Shown one piece after another: positions 43,244-55,338 of a stretch of 64,000 bases of DNA. This DNA is from Sporopachydermia quercuum (lineage: Eukaryota). Within the stretch, counting starts at the first letter, position 1. Every line of letters begins with the position of its first letter. The notes under the pieces are model-generated. The model had not been told where the DNA came from. It saw only the letters and a list, made by a program, of their open reading frames with translations, and searched no databases. The DNA lies in NCBI GenBank assembly GCA_001599295.1, contig BCGN01000011.1, forward strand, positions 310,001 through 374,000, in the 5' to 3' direction. Both the position numbers and the translations under genes were made by a program.

Positions 43244-45579
43244 TCATGTTACTTTATTTCTCTCCCATTTGTTCGAAAGATTAAATGGGAGAAACAAATA
43301 CAACTAGAAGATGAAAGAAGTCTACCTGAAAATGGGTTCCCTNTCCTCGATAAACCAAAAGGGTTACTTTTATTCTGGTTGTATCATTAAAGGTGGGCCC
43401 TCCTGATCCGAATATGATATAACGCTGGATGGTTAGACAATATATTCAATGCGTCTCTCGATTAGTTTGTTTCAACAAAAATATTCAATGTATGGAGAGG
43501 TGAGATATCTAATTTTCTATCGATTAAAATATGTATGTTCTCTTATATCTGTTTGATCAGATGACTTTAAGAAATTAAGTTCCTGCACCTGAAGCAGCAA
43601 ATATTTTGGTTGTGAGTAAGCTTAAATAGAATAAGTCTATTATTCTAAATTAGTTGGAATAACATCTTGCTTATTGAAATTTAACCTTGGATTACTATCG
43701 CTTCGTCGGCATTATAATTAATGTGGGAAAGAATTTTCTTTTACTTGTTTCTAATATTTCGAAAGCAGATGAATTCAAATGTTTATATCTCACTGAATGT
43801 TAAAACAAAAATGAAGCGCGGCATTCCATCAATTGCTATTCTGTGAGTAGTAGTGGTAGTTAGCATTCAAGAGCTGTATAAGGCTACTATCAGATCAATC
43901 AGTCTGGATAGTCAATTCAATTACAAGTACAAGCAATTCCAATCAAAACTATTATCATTCTAACCTTACCCCTAATTGCATTGGACCTGACTTATAATCT
44001 AAACGATTCTACACGAATATATAATGACATGAAACGTTTCAACTGATAACTTCTATAATAACTAAGTGTTATTGATCAGTGAAAAGTTAATTGTTCTAAC
44101 CATTCTTTTTGTCAAATTAGGGAAGCTGTATCATCAAGTAATCAATAACCGTTCGACCGTATAACTACATTCGGTAGTAAACATAAGGAGGATTGGTCTC
44201 GTTTTTGTAAAAGTATAACATTGAATGGAAGCACTAGTAGGAAATACTGTAGTAAGAATTTATACTGATAATCATATTCGATTGAATAAACAACTGGTAG
44301 ATTGATCAGTGAAAAGCTAGGAAACGCATTCTTAATTATTAATTGATTAATGAAGTCGACATGAATCATATCCTTCCGTTACATTCAATNTGATACTCAA
44401 AAATGTAAACTTCTGCAAGTGAAAATGAATCTGACAGTATATTTTTCAAGGCTATCAGATGTTCCCTTGAAGTCCCTACTATTAAAAGGCTAATTTAATT
44501 CATTTTTGTGTTGATGTTGATTTCCTTAATCCTCATTGCCTTTCATCATTTCAACATAAGTCTTCGCATTAATCACTCGGCTATTGAACCCACGTTTAAA
44601 CGCTTGAATGAAAGGATTGAATACCTTGACTGTTTTGATAACTCATCATAATCCTCTATCCGGATAGTATTATGAAGGATTTACTATACTTTAGCTGAAT
44701 TTAGTAACATCGAAGTTTAATAATCAACACTTTATTTCCAATAACGTTTAAGTTATTCTAAGCCAAGCTTTTCAAGCTGGTAAACCATAACGTCAATTTG
44801 GAACCTTATTTACAGAGAAAGCCAAGTTGGAAAATTTGCAAGAAAAATAGGAAGAATAATGAAATGTCACTACTTCCATTTTGTTTCCATTATCCCTTAA
44901 AGCTGTTCAACTAAAATCAATAGCAGGGCAGATTAAGGGGTAGAATGTCGAATAATTTAATCAGCCAATTAAGACTTTGCTTTGGTTTCATAGTGAAAGA
45001 AAATTCATGAAACAAAATTCTAATAGGAATAAGAGTTTTGTTAATAATGGTTCTATTCAGGGAAAGGTGAAAATGGAAATAATGTAATAGGATTGAACAA
45101 CAATAGGCGAATTTTCTTTGTTCTTGGCATAATCTTTATTCATCAACAAAAAGAAGAAGTTATTTCTTGTTACTCTATGGTCACATCATTCATTGGCATT
45201 GCGAAGGAGACGTAGTGCTACTATGTTTCTGTTATTCCTTCACATATCAGTCTGTTACAGCCTTGAAAAAAAAAAACATCAACTATTAACACCTTATATC
45301 ATTCTTTGTGGTCAATTCAATAGGTGTAATAATATCGTTCCAATAAGAATACATTCAAATCACTGATTAATCAGATATATAAAATCCTCTGATCTAGCAG
45401 TATAAACTTTTGTTTAAACGTTTTTCTGATTCGCCCATCATAACAAGGCCAATAAAAGAAAAGAACTACGCTTGAAACTTAGGTATTGGTCTGTTATGTA
45501 CTTACTTGATATAATATAATTTGATATTCAATTCAGCTAAAGCTTACTTGCTATTATTTTTAACTTGATTACTTAAAAG

Positions 45580-45586
45580 GGGTGCA
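45580..45586 (-). promoter_or_regulatory. Candidate Aft1/2-type site TGCACCC
   Basis: GGGTGCA on the plus strand, about 1.4 kb upstream of FTR1. Confidence 0.35.
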
Positions 45587-47018
45587 GATACTAAAGAAGG
45601 AAGCAACCCTTTCTTTATTGTTAGGAAGCTATGTGAATTAACTACATCTCTCCTTTATAAAAAAAACCTATATCAACTATGAAAACGGTGTGTTATATTC
45701 AGGCCATCTGGAATCTTTCGAGATTTATATTGTATACCACTGTCGTTATATCTTTTCTGTATAAACTGATTTGAGATATAAACTGTAACTGGATAACGTA
45801 AAGTATATATGACTAAATGCTTAATTATAATGCTTAACTTTAAATAAGTCTTGGCAATCCTGAGCTAAGTTGATTTTTTATTCTAGTAAAAGGAACTCGA
45901 AGTAGGGATGAAAGTAGGTTCAATAAGTAATATTATTCTTACTATGAATGATATTCTTTCTGGTTCTGAAAAACATCGAAGTTCAAAGTTCAGTACAAGA
46001 AGAGAATATCTTGAAATTGTTATTTCTACGTGGAGAAAGTTGAAGAAAACTGATGAAGATGTTTAATTTTCAACCGAATATAGTATCTACAGAAAAAAAT
46101 GAAAGAAACAAAAGGATGCTTGATGAATGGTGATCATTATAAAGGATATTATGAGATATGGTTAGTTCAATTCTGAGGAGTTAGCCATGGAAATAAAGTG
46201 AACAGCTCTCATTGTCTAACATTTTGCAGGAAATCTGGTAAATCAGGAAATTCTGCTTCTACAGGCAACATCATTNAATCAGTGGCATCTAGAACAGTTA
46301 GNTAACCCCCTGAATTGATTATGCATTACTATAGATACATAGAATTCAATCAATATTAGCAAACCTTCTATTTGCTGAAATTTCTAGTTGAAATGAGTTT
46401 TCATCTCAATATGTATTCTAAATAAAGTAACCTGATGCTTCAGCGCTGCTTTGCTAGCGAGAAAAATCATGAACGGCTTCATCTGAAACTAAGAAAAGAT
46501 TGAATGAAAACTTGATTGATTTATGTATGAACTTTATTACTATGGATGATTATTTCCCGCTTTCAAACGATTTGTACAGAAGAAAATTAGTATAGTATAG
46601 TTAAAGTTGTAAACCTTGCTAACATTTGATGTGCGATATACTCTTATTTCAATTTACATTTTAGAATTAGCATAGCGTATGAATAAGGTTTTACATCAAC
46701 TATCGTACAATGGAAATTTGAATCAATTGAATAACATTTTTTTCCTTCCTTTCAACATTCACTTACTTAGTTAGAACTAATCCTAATTCATTATATATAC
46801 TGGTATAGCTGCAATTATTCATAGCATCATACAAATTATAACATGCTGCTTCTTTTGCAACATTCATTTCAATTTGATAGTTCTATCGTCAATTCTGTTC
46901 TATGGTTTGAATATTAGCATTAGCCGATATTTCTCTTTTATTTGTATTCGTTCTATTCAATATTCTTATCAAATAGAACAAATATTATCAAATCCTATAT
47001 CATATATAAGTCTCCATC

Positions 47019-48176
47019 ATGGTTAATAGAGTATTTTCACCGCAGGTGTTCTTTATTGTCTTCCGTGAGACTTTAGAGGCATCCATCGTTGTCTCAGTTT
47101 TACTTGGTTTCTTAAAGACTGGTTTAGGAGGAGCCAAGGACAAAACTATTTATAAAAAACTTGTCAAACAGGTGTGGATCGGGTCTTTTCTAGGCCTGTT
47201 TATATGTTTGGCGATTGGTGGTGCGTTCATCGGTGTTTTCTATTCGTTAGGTAAAGATCTTTGGGGTAAATCAGAAGATCTTTGGGAAGGTATCTTCTGT
47301 TTGATTGCTACCATTATTATTACACTTATGGGATTGCCATTGTTGAGAATTAATAAGATGCAAGAAAAATGGAGAGTCAAATTGGCCAAATCTCTTGTTG
47401 CCAAGAGAGAAAATAGAAGGGACAGATTGAAGATTGGTTACTGGGGTAAGAAATATGTGATGTTCTTTTTACCTTTGATTACTGTACTTCGTGAAGGTCT
47501 TGAAGCTGTGGTCTTCATTGGTGGTGTGGGATTGGCTACCCCTGCTACTTCTTTCCCATTGCCAGTTGTTATTGGCTTAATTGCTGGTATTGCTGTTGGT
47601 GTTCTCATCTACTACGGTAGTGCTTTTGTTTCAATCAAAGTGTTTTTGATCATTTCCACTTGTATCTTGTATTTAATTTCTGCTGGTTTATTTTCCAGAA
47701 GTGTTTGGTACTTTGAAAGTTATATGTACAACAAGAAGACAGGTGGTGATGCTTCTGAAAATGGTTCCGGTCCTGGTACTTATGATATCTCTCGATCTGT
47801 TTGGCACGTTAACTGTTGCAATCCTGAAACCGATAATGGTTGGGATGTCTTCAATGCTTTATTAGGCTGGCAAAATTCCGCCACTTATGGCTCCGTTATT
47901 TCTTATAATGTCTACTGGATTTTCTTGATGTTAGTCATTGCAGTCTTAATATTTGAAGAAAGGACTGGACATTTACCTTTCTTGAAGCCTGGTCAATCCT
48001 TAAAGTTCTGGAAGAAACATGATGATGTTTCTAAAGATGCTGAGATCATCAAGAAAGCTGAACAAGCTGATATCTTCAGGGAGATTCAGGAGCAAGAAGC
48101 TTTGAAAAATACTGGTAGTTCTGAAGAGTCAACTGGAAGTTCGAACAAAGACGTCGAGTTGAAGGAAGTTAGTTGA
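47019..48176 (+). CDS. FTR1: High-affinity iron permease Ftr1
   Basis: Two REXXE motifs (FRETLE, LREGLE); DASENGSGPG; SVWHVNCCNP; LGWQNSATYGS. Confidence 0.97.
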   Translation: MVNRVFSPQVFFIVFRETLEASIVVSVLLGFLKTGLGGAKDKTIYKKLVKQVWIGSFLGLFICLAIGGAFIGVFYSLGKDLWGKSEDLWEGIFCLIATIIITLMGLPLLRINKMQEKWRVKLAKSLVAKRENRRDRLKIGYWGKKYVMFFLPLITVLREGLEAVVFIGGVGLATPATSFPLPVVIGLIAGIAVGVLIYYGSAFVSIKVFLIISTCILYLISAGLFSRSVWYFESYMYNKKTGGDASENGSGPGTYDISRSVWHVNCCNPETDNGWDVFNALLGWQNSATYGSVISYNVYWIFLMLVIAVLIFEERTGHLPFLKPGQSLKFWKKHDDVSKDAEIIKKAEQADIFREIQEQEALKNTGSSEESTGSSNKDVELKEVS

Positions 48177-49379
48177 TTTATGTAAGAAACTTCACTTAAT
48201 TGTTAATGATGAAGATTGATGGTGTTTTATTTTATAGGGGGTATAAATGTATAAATTATGTTACCAATAAGCTTAATATTGAAAGCGAAGATTATGTCAT
48301 GACTTTGAAATTGAAATACTGAAGAATTCAATCTTTATTTCGTAGGGCGCCCTGAATTGTTGTATTAGTATGAAAATTAGTATTATAGAAGTCCCATTGA
48401 TTGTCAATATGTGATAGTCAATAGTGTATCAGTTTCACAAATAGTGTCTATTGTCATGCAAANTATAATAATAGTGTCTCTCTCAATAAATCTAAAGAGA
48501 TTGGAAGTATCATTTCTCTCTACTTTCTTTGAATCTCACTTCGTTCCTTGTTTCAGGAATAGATGCTTCCTACATATACTATCAATTATCTCCTGTATTG
48601 TTCATTCACATAAAAGCAGAATCATACATAGAACACTCAACTATTTTCCCAAAACAGTAAAAACAACCTATTTTATAACCTGCGAAGTAGAAATTTATTT
48701 TATTAGTAAAACACTGTAAAACACTGTATTTATTGATTCGAATGCTAAGTAAAACAATGACGATCCATATATCAGTCTATCACAAAGTATCATCATGTCT
48801 CCAGTATTTGGAATTGAATTCACCTTTGAGTACACTTCAATGGCAAGCTAACTAACCGGAGCGCATCCTTGTCATACATATGCTTTTCATAGAAGCAGTT
48901 TTCAGTTTAAATCATTTCCTTTGCGGCAGTCCATAAAATCTCCTCTTCTGTCTCATAGGCATATTGTGTGTAGACATTCGTTCATTCATAAGGATGAGCT
49001 CATTTTTACACTCATACGGTTTCTGGTATTCGATTTGGAATCGGATTCTCCCTTCTTCTTCTATTGGACATTCTTTCATTGATAGGCCATTTGTTTAGAT
49101 CAAAGATTCAGTTTATTCTATTCTCTCTTGCAGCCGTACTTTCGATTCGAAAGCATGCTTGTATGGCGGTTCTTTCCTGGTATCCGAAAACCTAAGGTTA
49201 ACCTATCTTCAAACAGGAAATCCACTTTTCAATGACCTTTTATTTTTTATCATGAGAACGATACTAACATAAACAATTAACCACAAGCAGTGCAGTAATA
49301 CAATACAACAACATTTAACATATCTACAAAAAATCATCTACCAAATAATTTGACAAAACTCATTCTATTCTACACACAA

Positions 49380-51002
49380 TCATTTTTTAGATCTCTTCTT
49401 AGGCCTATCATCATCAGAATCGCTCATATTACTATCACTTCCACCGGTGGCTTCAGAATCAAACTCTTCAGCAATATCATCATCGTCATTACTATCAGCA
49501 TTAAAATCCTCATCATCAGATTCCGAATCGTCATCGGCACTACCCATTTCAACATCGTCATCGTCAGANTCCGTTACAGGTAAATCCGTGAATTTCTGTT
49601 CATTCAAATCATTCTTCAACTTGATTCCTTTACTCTTGATGTATGCTTCTAATAACTGCTGTTCTTCCCTTGAAATGTTAGAGAATTGTTGCTCTCCAGC
49701 ACCAGATTTCAATGTAATCACCAAATCAAACGTTTTTGACGAGACAGTTGATGAGCCATTCACTCTAGATAATGTAATGAAGGCGATTTCAGAGTAGGGA
49801 ATATAAACAGTAGGTTTCGGTATGAAGAGGAAACATTTCTCCAAAGGATATAAATGACCTTCAGAAGCTTTCAGCGAACAGCTAACGCAAGGATCAGCGT
49901 TTTTACTCATAAATGATGATGGAACAATAACTTTTCTGCCAGTTAAACCCATGAAAATTTGAGACACTACTTCATGAGTTGCTTGATCGTACTTCATTTT
50001 CAATCCTTTCTCTTTGAACGATTCTTCGAACTCTTGTTCATCAACATTTAATTCTAATTCCAGTTCCTCATCGCGGAAAAATTGCATTAGTAAATAAGGA
50101 TATCTTGTTTGTCCTTGACGTAAAGGAGGATCGATTTGAACGACCAATACATGATGAATGCCATCAGCTCTTGGCAAAGAGAACATCTTTTGGATTTGAC
50201 GATATTGAATTTTATAGTCATAAGTTTTACCACGTAATCGCAATGAACTGCGATACATATCGATATCATATTTACCTCTTGGTGTGATGAAGAAGATTTC
50301 TTGGAAGGAAGCTGCTGCTTCCCCAGCAACAACACCAATATCAGCTTTCTCTTTGACCTGTTCATAGAATAACTGTGCAGCACTTTGTTCTTCGTTCTCT
50401 TCGTTTTCTTCTTCATTTTCGTCATTGCCATTCTCTGGTTTATCTTCCTTCGTTACAGTACCAGGGACATGAAATCTTAGTTCAACTAATTCATCACCGG
50501 CTTTGTTTCGCTCACTTGCAATGTTTAGTTCAATTGCCACTTCTGTTTTAGCGGTCAAATTGGTATTACTAACTTCATTATAAGGGATTTCAAAAGCTGG
50601 TCGATTAGCAACTTGAAACACCATTTCTGACTTAGCAAACTCAACTTTGCCCCAATTCCAACCTCGTACGCTGTGTTCACGATGTTCTAGTAGTGCTTTG
50701 AAATTTCTTTGTATTGACTGTCGAACTGGTTGGAAGTCATCTTCTGCAAATCCATCAAACACAATTACACCTCTTGTCTTCGATTGAACTCTCAATTCGT
50801 ATCCTCTTGATCCTCTGCTCCAAGAAACACCTACTATTTCACTTGATGGNAGTAAGAATGGTTCATTGATGTTTGATGCACTTCCACCCGCGTTGTGATT
50901 TGAGCCTTTCCAACCAAGACCAGAATCGGCAAATCTGACTTTGCCAGAGTTTCGGGATTGATTCAAGTAGATTTTCTCAAACTGGTCGACATGGAGACTC
51001 AT
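49380..51002 (-). CDS. POB3: FACT complex subunit Pob3/SSRP1
   Basis: SGLGWK, WSRGSRGYELR, RGWNWG, TPRGKYDID, LRGKTYDYKI, DPPLRQGQTRYP; acidic tail ending RPKKRSKK. ATG is at 51002; the ORF track extends to an upstream TTG. Confidence 0.97.
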   Translation of the reverse strand: MSLHVDQFEKIYLNQSRNSGKVRFADSGLGWKGSNHNAGGSASNINEPFLXPSSEIVGVSWSRGSRGYELRVQSKTRGVIVFDGFAEDDFQPVRQSIQRNFKALLEHREHSVRGWNWGKVEFAKSEMVFQVANRPAFEIPYNEVSNTNLTAKTEVAIELNIASERNKAGDELVELRFHVPGTVTKEDKPENGNDENEEENEENEEQSAAQLFYEQVKEKADIGVVAGEAAASFQEIFFITPRGKYDIDMYRSSLRLRGKTYDYKIQYRQIQKMFSLPRADGIHHVLVVQIDPPLRQGQTRYPYLLMQFFRDEELELELNVDEQEFEESFKEKGLKMKYDQATHEVVSQIFMGLTGRKVIVPSSFMSKNADPCVSCSLKASEGHLYPLEKCFLFIPKPTVYIPYSEIAFITLSRVNGSSTVSSKTFDLVITLKSGAGEQQFSNISREEQQLLEAYIKSKGIKLKNDLNEQKFTDLPVTXSDDDDVEMGSADDDSESDDEDFNADSNDDDDIAEEFDSEATGGSDSNMSDSDDDRPKKRSKK

Positions 51003-53238
51003 TTTTGCTACGGTTGATAGGATATATAACCGCTGTGATATTTGATGTAGGACGGATGAGTTCCTGGTCAACTATTGTACAAACAGTAAACTAGTGACTA
51101 CAAATAAGATATTCCAATGATATTCAAAACTTCCAGTACAGCTAAGCGGATTCAAAAGTACAAGCAATATAAATGATGACTATTAGCGATTAATGGCAAC
51201 AACTCTTTTTTCAATTGATTGCGATACGCGTAACAAGAACGAAAAACCTGCTTGATTCTTATACACCCAAAAATCTGGAGATGAAAATGGTTTTCTGATT
51301 ATATAATCATTGATTTTTTCATTTCGTCCCAAATTAGATGGGTTCCTAACAAAGTCCAATCTATCCCTAGCAGGTGACCTCAAGTAAACCATACTCATCA
51401 CTCAGCGCGTCATCATACCATCATATCGTCCAATAAGGGGTGATGACTCCACTTCGCCTTTGTCCCTGAGAGTACAGTTTTTAACAGAAACGTTTACTTC
51501 TTTAACCAAGCTATTAGCTGTATAAATAAGTGGGCTACAGAAGTGAAACAATGGTTACATTTTTCGAACCAATGTAATTAATATAGCAATTGATCCAGAT
51601 TCCTGGGGCTAGAATGAAAATTTTCCTTTCGCGATGAACTAACATGACTCGTAATTATTGCCCGTTACAACATTTAAGCCCTATTCGGTTCTTTGACTGA
51701 AAACAGATGGTTACCCGAGCCAAGCAAAAGTTTCGTCCTTTCGTCATCCAAAACGTCTACATGCTACCCAGAATATCGCAATTTAGGATGAATTTTTATC
51801 AAAAAATCGACATTCAAAAGATCTGTTTCTTCCCTATTTTCAGCAATTGAATTTAAACAACAGAAAATGAAAAATTCGTTAATTAAATTGGATGTATCTC
51901 CAACTGACAGACCCTCCCGGAATAACTATAAGTTTGCTTTCAGAAAGTGTAAACCTTATTAGTATGGGGAATAAATCAAGTGATAGCCGATCGAATTCAA
52001 TCTTTCGGCTTAACTTCTGTTTCTAATTACTGGATTTCGCTATCACATCAAATTGTCTTTCTTAATAGCGATATAATTGTATGTAAACAGTGTTTGTTCT
52101 GATTATTGTATTGGCATCTTCATTGCTTAGCAGCTATAGTCTTCACATATCTCTCTTTTTTTCTTGACATAGAACATATGCGATCAATTGATCACACATT
52201 TCTGCAGCCAGGTACGAAAGAAAGTTCAATATATATCACATATTTCAGACCCTATTATCCACTATTAGACCCAGCTTCTGGTAATTCTTTCTTAATTAAC
52301 GAAGCATATCAACATCACCAAGGAATAATTAGGCCCCAAGCATGTTCTGTTCTATTCCCATCGAATTAACTAATAAAACTTCGATTCTTCGATAACCATT
52401 TACCCTGTCTTTCGCTCCAATTCTACTTATTGAACTTTATGTAAATTGCTATACTGCTCATAGTTATTACTATCTTCGTAAGGCTCTTCCTTGTTACATG
52501 ATAGACCCTCCCCCAAAACCCCAATTCATACTATTGTTCCGAATCCAAACTTTAATCCTAAAGTTCCCCCCAGTTGGATTACACCTTGGATCGGCCATGT
52601 TTTCAATTAACCTTTCTTTTTCCCTGTAATAAAAAATATAATTAAATATTCTTAAAACTTTGGCCATTTTTGACCCTATCTTTACAACACCAATCCACAG
52701 GACATACAGACCCCATTCTTTATTCTTCCTTCTTTTGTTCAGGCCCTCTTCTCCTAACATTTACACTCCTGCAAACCTTATTTTCCGCACCTGAATATCC
52801 CAACTCTGCTTGTCTGGGGGTTATTTGCCTTTCATAAATCGAAAAACTGGTAAAATGGCTATATAAGCTACAATTTCTCCACTTTCAATGGTTTCTTAAT
52901 AAATTATTCCAGTTCTCCATACATTTCCCTNCTTTTATTGGTTTGGTTTTTTGGCTTGTTTATTACGCATCATCACATCATATCTNCCACTCATAATAGG
53001 CTGTACTGTTGATTTGGTTTATTCTGTTTTTTCCATTGAAGAATCCTGAATAATTCGAATCCTGTACTAACGAGTTATTTCAGTAAAACACCTTAAGATC
53101 CATTGAAATAAAAATATCANTAGCTAGCGTCTATTATTCATAAGTTTATTATATACCTAGACAAAGGATTACCATTCTTATTCTCATTATCACCGTCACA
53201 GTCAGCATTGCAGATCACAAACACACCATATTATCAAA

Positions 53239-55005
53239 ATGCCAAAGGAATTTCAAATACCCGAAAACGTTTTGACTGCTTTGAAAGCAGTTGTTAAAGC
53301 TAACCCAGACGTTGTATTAATAGAATCCCAAAAAGTCATCTATAAGGCAACCGCCCCCGGGGAGAAAAGAGTATCGGTTGTATCCGGTGGTGGCTCAGGA
53401 CACGAACCAACTCATGCTGGATATGTTGGAAAGAACATGTTAGATGCCGCTGTGTGCGGAAATGTGTTTGCATCCCCAAGCACTAAACAGATTTTTGCTG
53501 CAATTGAAACTGTCAGTGATATCGAGAAAGGAACCTTGTTGGTTGTCAAGAACTACACCGGTGATGTTCTCAATTTTGGATTGGCAGGAGAAAGAGCTAA
53601 CGGAGCAGGATTCAACGTAGAAGCAGTAATTGTTGGTGATGATGTTGCCGTTGGCAGAAAGAAGGGCGGATTAGTTGGCAGAAGAGGAATTGCTGGCACT
53701 GTTTTAGTTCATAAAGCGGCAGGTACTGCTGCTCAACTTGGTAAGGACCTTTCTCAAGTAAAGCAAGTTGCTGAAGCTGTTAAAGATAATCTAGTATCAA
53801 TTGGCTCATCTTTAGATCATTGCGTTATTCCTGGCCGAAAATTCGAATCTGAAATTGGTGCTGATGAAATGGAAGTTGGTATGGGTATTCACAATGAGGC
53901 AGGTGTCTATAAATTATCACCAATTCCAAGCGCTGAAGAGTTATTGTCAAAACATATGTTACCTATGCTTTTAGCGGAAGATGATGAAGATAGATATTTT
54001 GTCCCCTTCAAGAAGGAAGATGAAGTTGTTTTGCTGATCAACAATTTGGGAGGAACCTCTAATTTGGATTTATTTGGAATTGCTCAGTTGGCCTTACAAT
54101 TATTGGACGACAAGTATTCTATTAAGCCAAAGCATGTACTAGTTGGTACTTATATGACAGCATTGAATGGACCAGGTTTTTCTGTTACCTTATTAAATGT
54201 TTCTAGAGCAACTGAATCTCTGAAACAACAAGGGTCTGAACTCTCAGTGTTGGATTTACTTGTTGCACCATCAGATGCCCCTGGCTGGATTAACATCCCA
54301 GTAGGAACCGGCAGTAAGCACGAAGCATCAACCGCTCAAGGTAAATCAACTGCACTTCATACCACTGATGCAGGCAAGTTTTCATTTGAAACCTTCAATG
54401 ANNTATTGCGAAATGGAGCTAAAGGTGTTGCTGAAGCTGAACCTACTGTTACCAAGTATGACACTATTGTAGGTGATGGTGACTGTGGTACTACACTTTT
54501 AGCAGGTGCCGATGCTATTACTGCAGCTTTAGATGACAAATCGATTCCTTCTGATTCATTAGCAGCTGCTGTCACCAAATTAGCTGATTTGGTTGAAGAT
54601 AGTATGGGAGGTACTTCTGGTGGCCTTTACTCTATTTTCTTATCCGGTTTAGTTAAAGGGATTCAAAGTGAAATTGGTGGAAACGAAGTGAACGTTGAGA
54701 ATATTGCTAAAGCTTTAAATATTGCTAAGGACACTTTATTCAAATACACTAGAGCCAGAGTTGGTGACCGAACTGTTATTGATGCTTTAGAGCCGTTTAT
54801 TGATGAGTTAACAAAAACTGGTGATGTTAAAGCTGCTGTTGCTGCTGCTAAGAAGGGTAGCGAATCTACTAAGGAATTAGGCGCTAAGTTTGGTAGATCA
54901 AGCTATGTTTCTGAGAACCAATTTGGTTCTGACGATGATAAGATTCCTGATCCTGGTGCCTATGGTTTGGCTGCTTTCCTTGAAGCTGCTTTTGCTAAAT
55001 GGTGA
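53239..55005 (+). CDS. DAK1: Dihydroxyacetone kinase (DAK1/2 family, fused DhaK-DhaL)
   Basis: SGGGSGHEPTHAGYVG, KNYTGDVLNFG, VGRRGIAG, GMGIHNEAG, VGDGDCG, MGGTSGGLY, AKFGRSSY and PDPGA. Confidence 0.95.
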   Translation: MPKEFQIPENVLTALKAVVKANPDVVLIESQKVIYKATAPGEKRVSVVSGGGSGHEPTHAGYVGKNMLDAAVCGNVFASPSTKQIFAAIETVSDIEKGTLLVVKNYTGDVLNFGLAGERANGAGFNVEAVIVGDDVAVGRKKGGLVGRRGIAGTVLVHKAAGTAAQLGKDLSQVKQVAEAVKDNLVSIGSSLDHCVIPGRKFESEIGADEMEVGMGIHNEAGVYKLSPIPSAEELLSKHMLPMLLAEDDEDRYFVPFKKEDEVVLLINNLGGTSNLDLFGIAQLALQLLDDKYSIKPKHVLVGTYMTALNGPGFSVTLLNVSRATESLKQQGSELSVLDLLVAPSDAPGWINIPVGTGSKHEASTAQGKSTALHTTDAGKFSFETFNXXLRNGAKGVAEAEPTVTKYDTIVGDGDCGTTLLAGADAITAALDDKSIPSDSLAAAVTKLADLVEDSMGGTSGGLYSIFLSGLVKGIQSEIGGNEVNVENIAKALNIAKDTLFKYTRARVGDRTVIDALEPFIDELTKTGDVKAAVAAAKKGSESTKELGAKFGRSSYVSENQFGSDDDKIPDPGAYGLAAFLEAAFAKW

Positions 55006-55338
55006 TTGGATTGGTTTGTTGAGTTGAAAGGAGCAATTGAAGCAGAGGAAAGCAAAGAAAGCAAGTAAATATTAACGAATGATTTTACATGATTTATAAA
55101 GCATTTGATGTGTTGTAGAATAAAATAAGTCAATAATTTTCAATAATTGTAGACTTGACTAGTTGATGGATGTTATAATAAAAGTAGACTCATTTCATAA
55201 TACCCTATTTCCCCTGTAATAACTATAATATATAAAATACTTATACCATCTTTACATAACCATCTCTGCCTCGTAAAACATCCTCTTGGCCTTAATCTTA
55301 CACACTAATAAAATACATTAAACCTACATCACCAAAAT

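Noticed and set aside
48800..49100. Stop-interrupted minus-strand frame (YETEEEILWTAAKEM..LVSLPLKC) faintly like a Tc1/IS630 transposase C-terminus
   Set aside because: No DDE or SPDLNPIE motif and no terminal inverted repeats; the similarity is too weak without a profile search.
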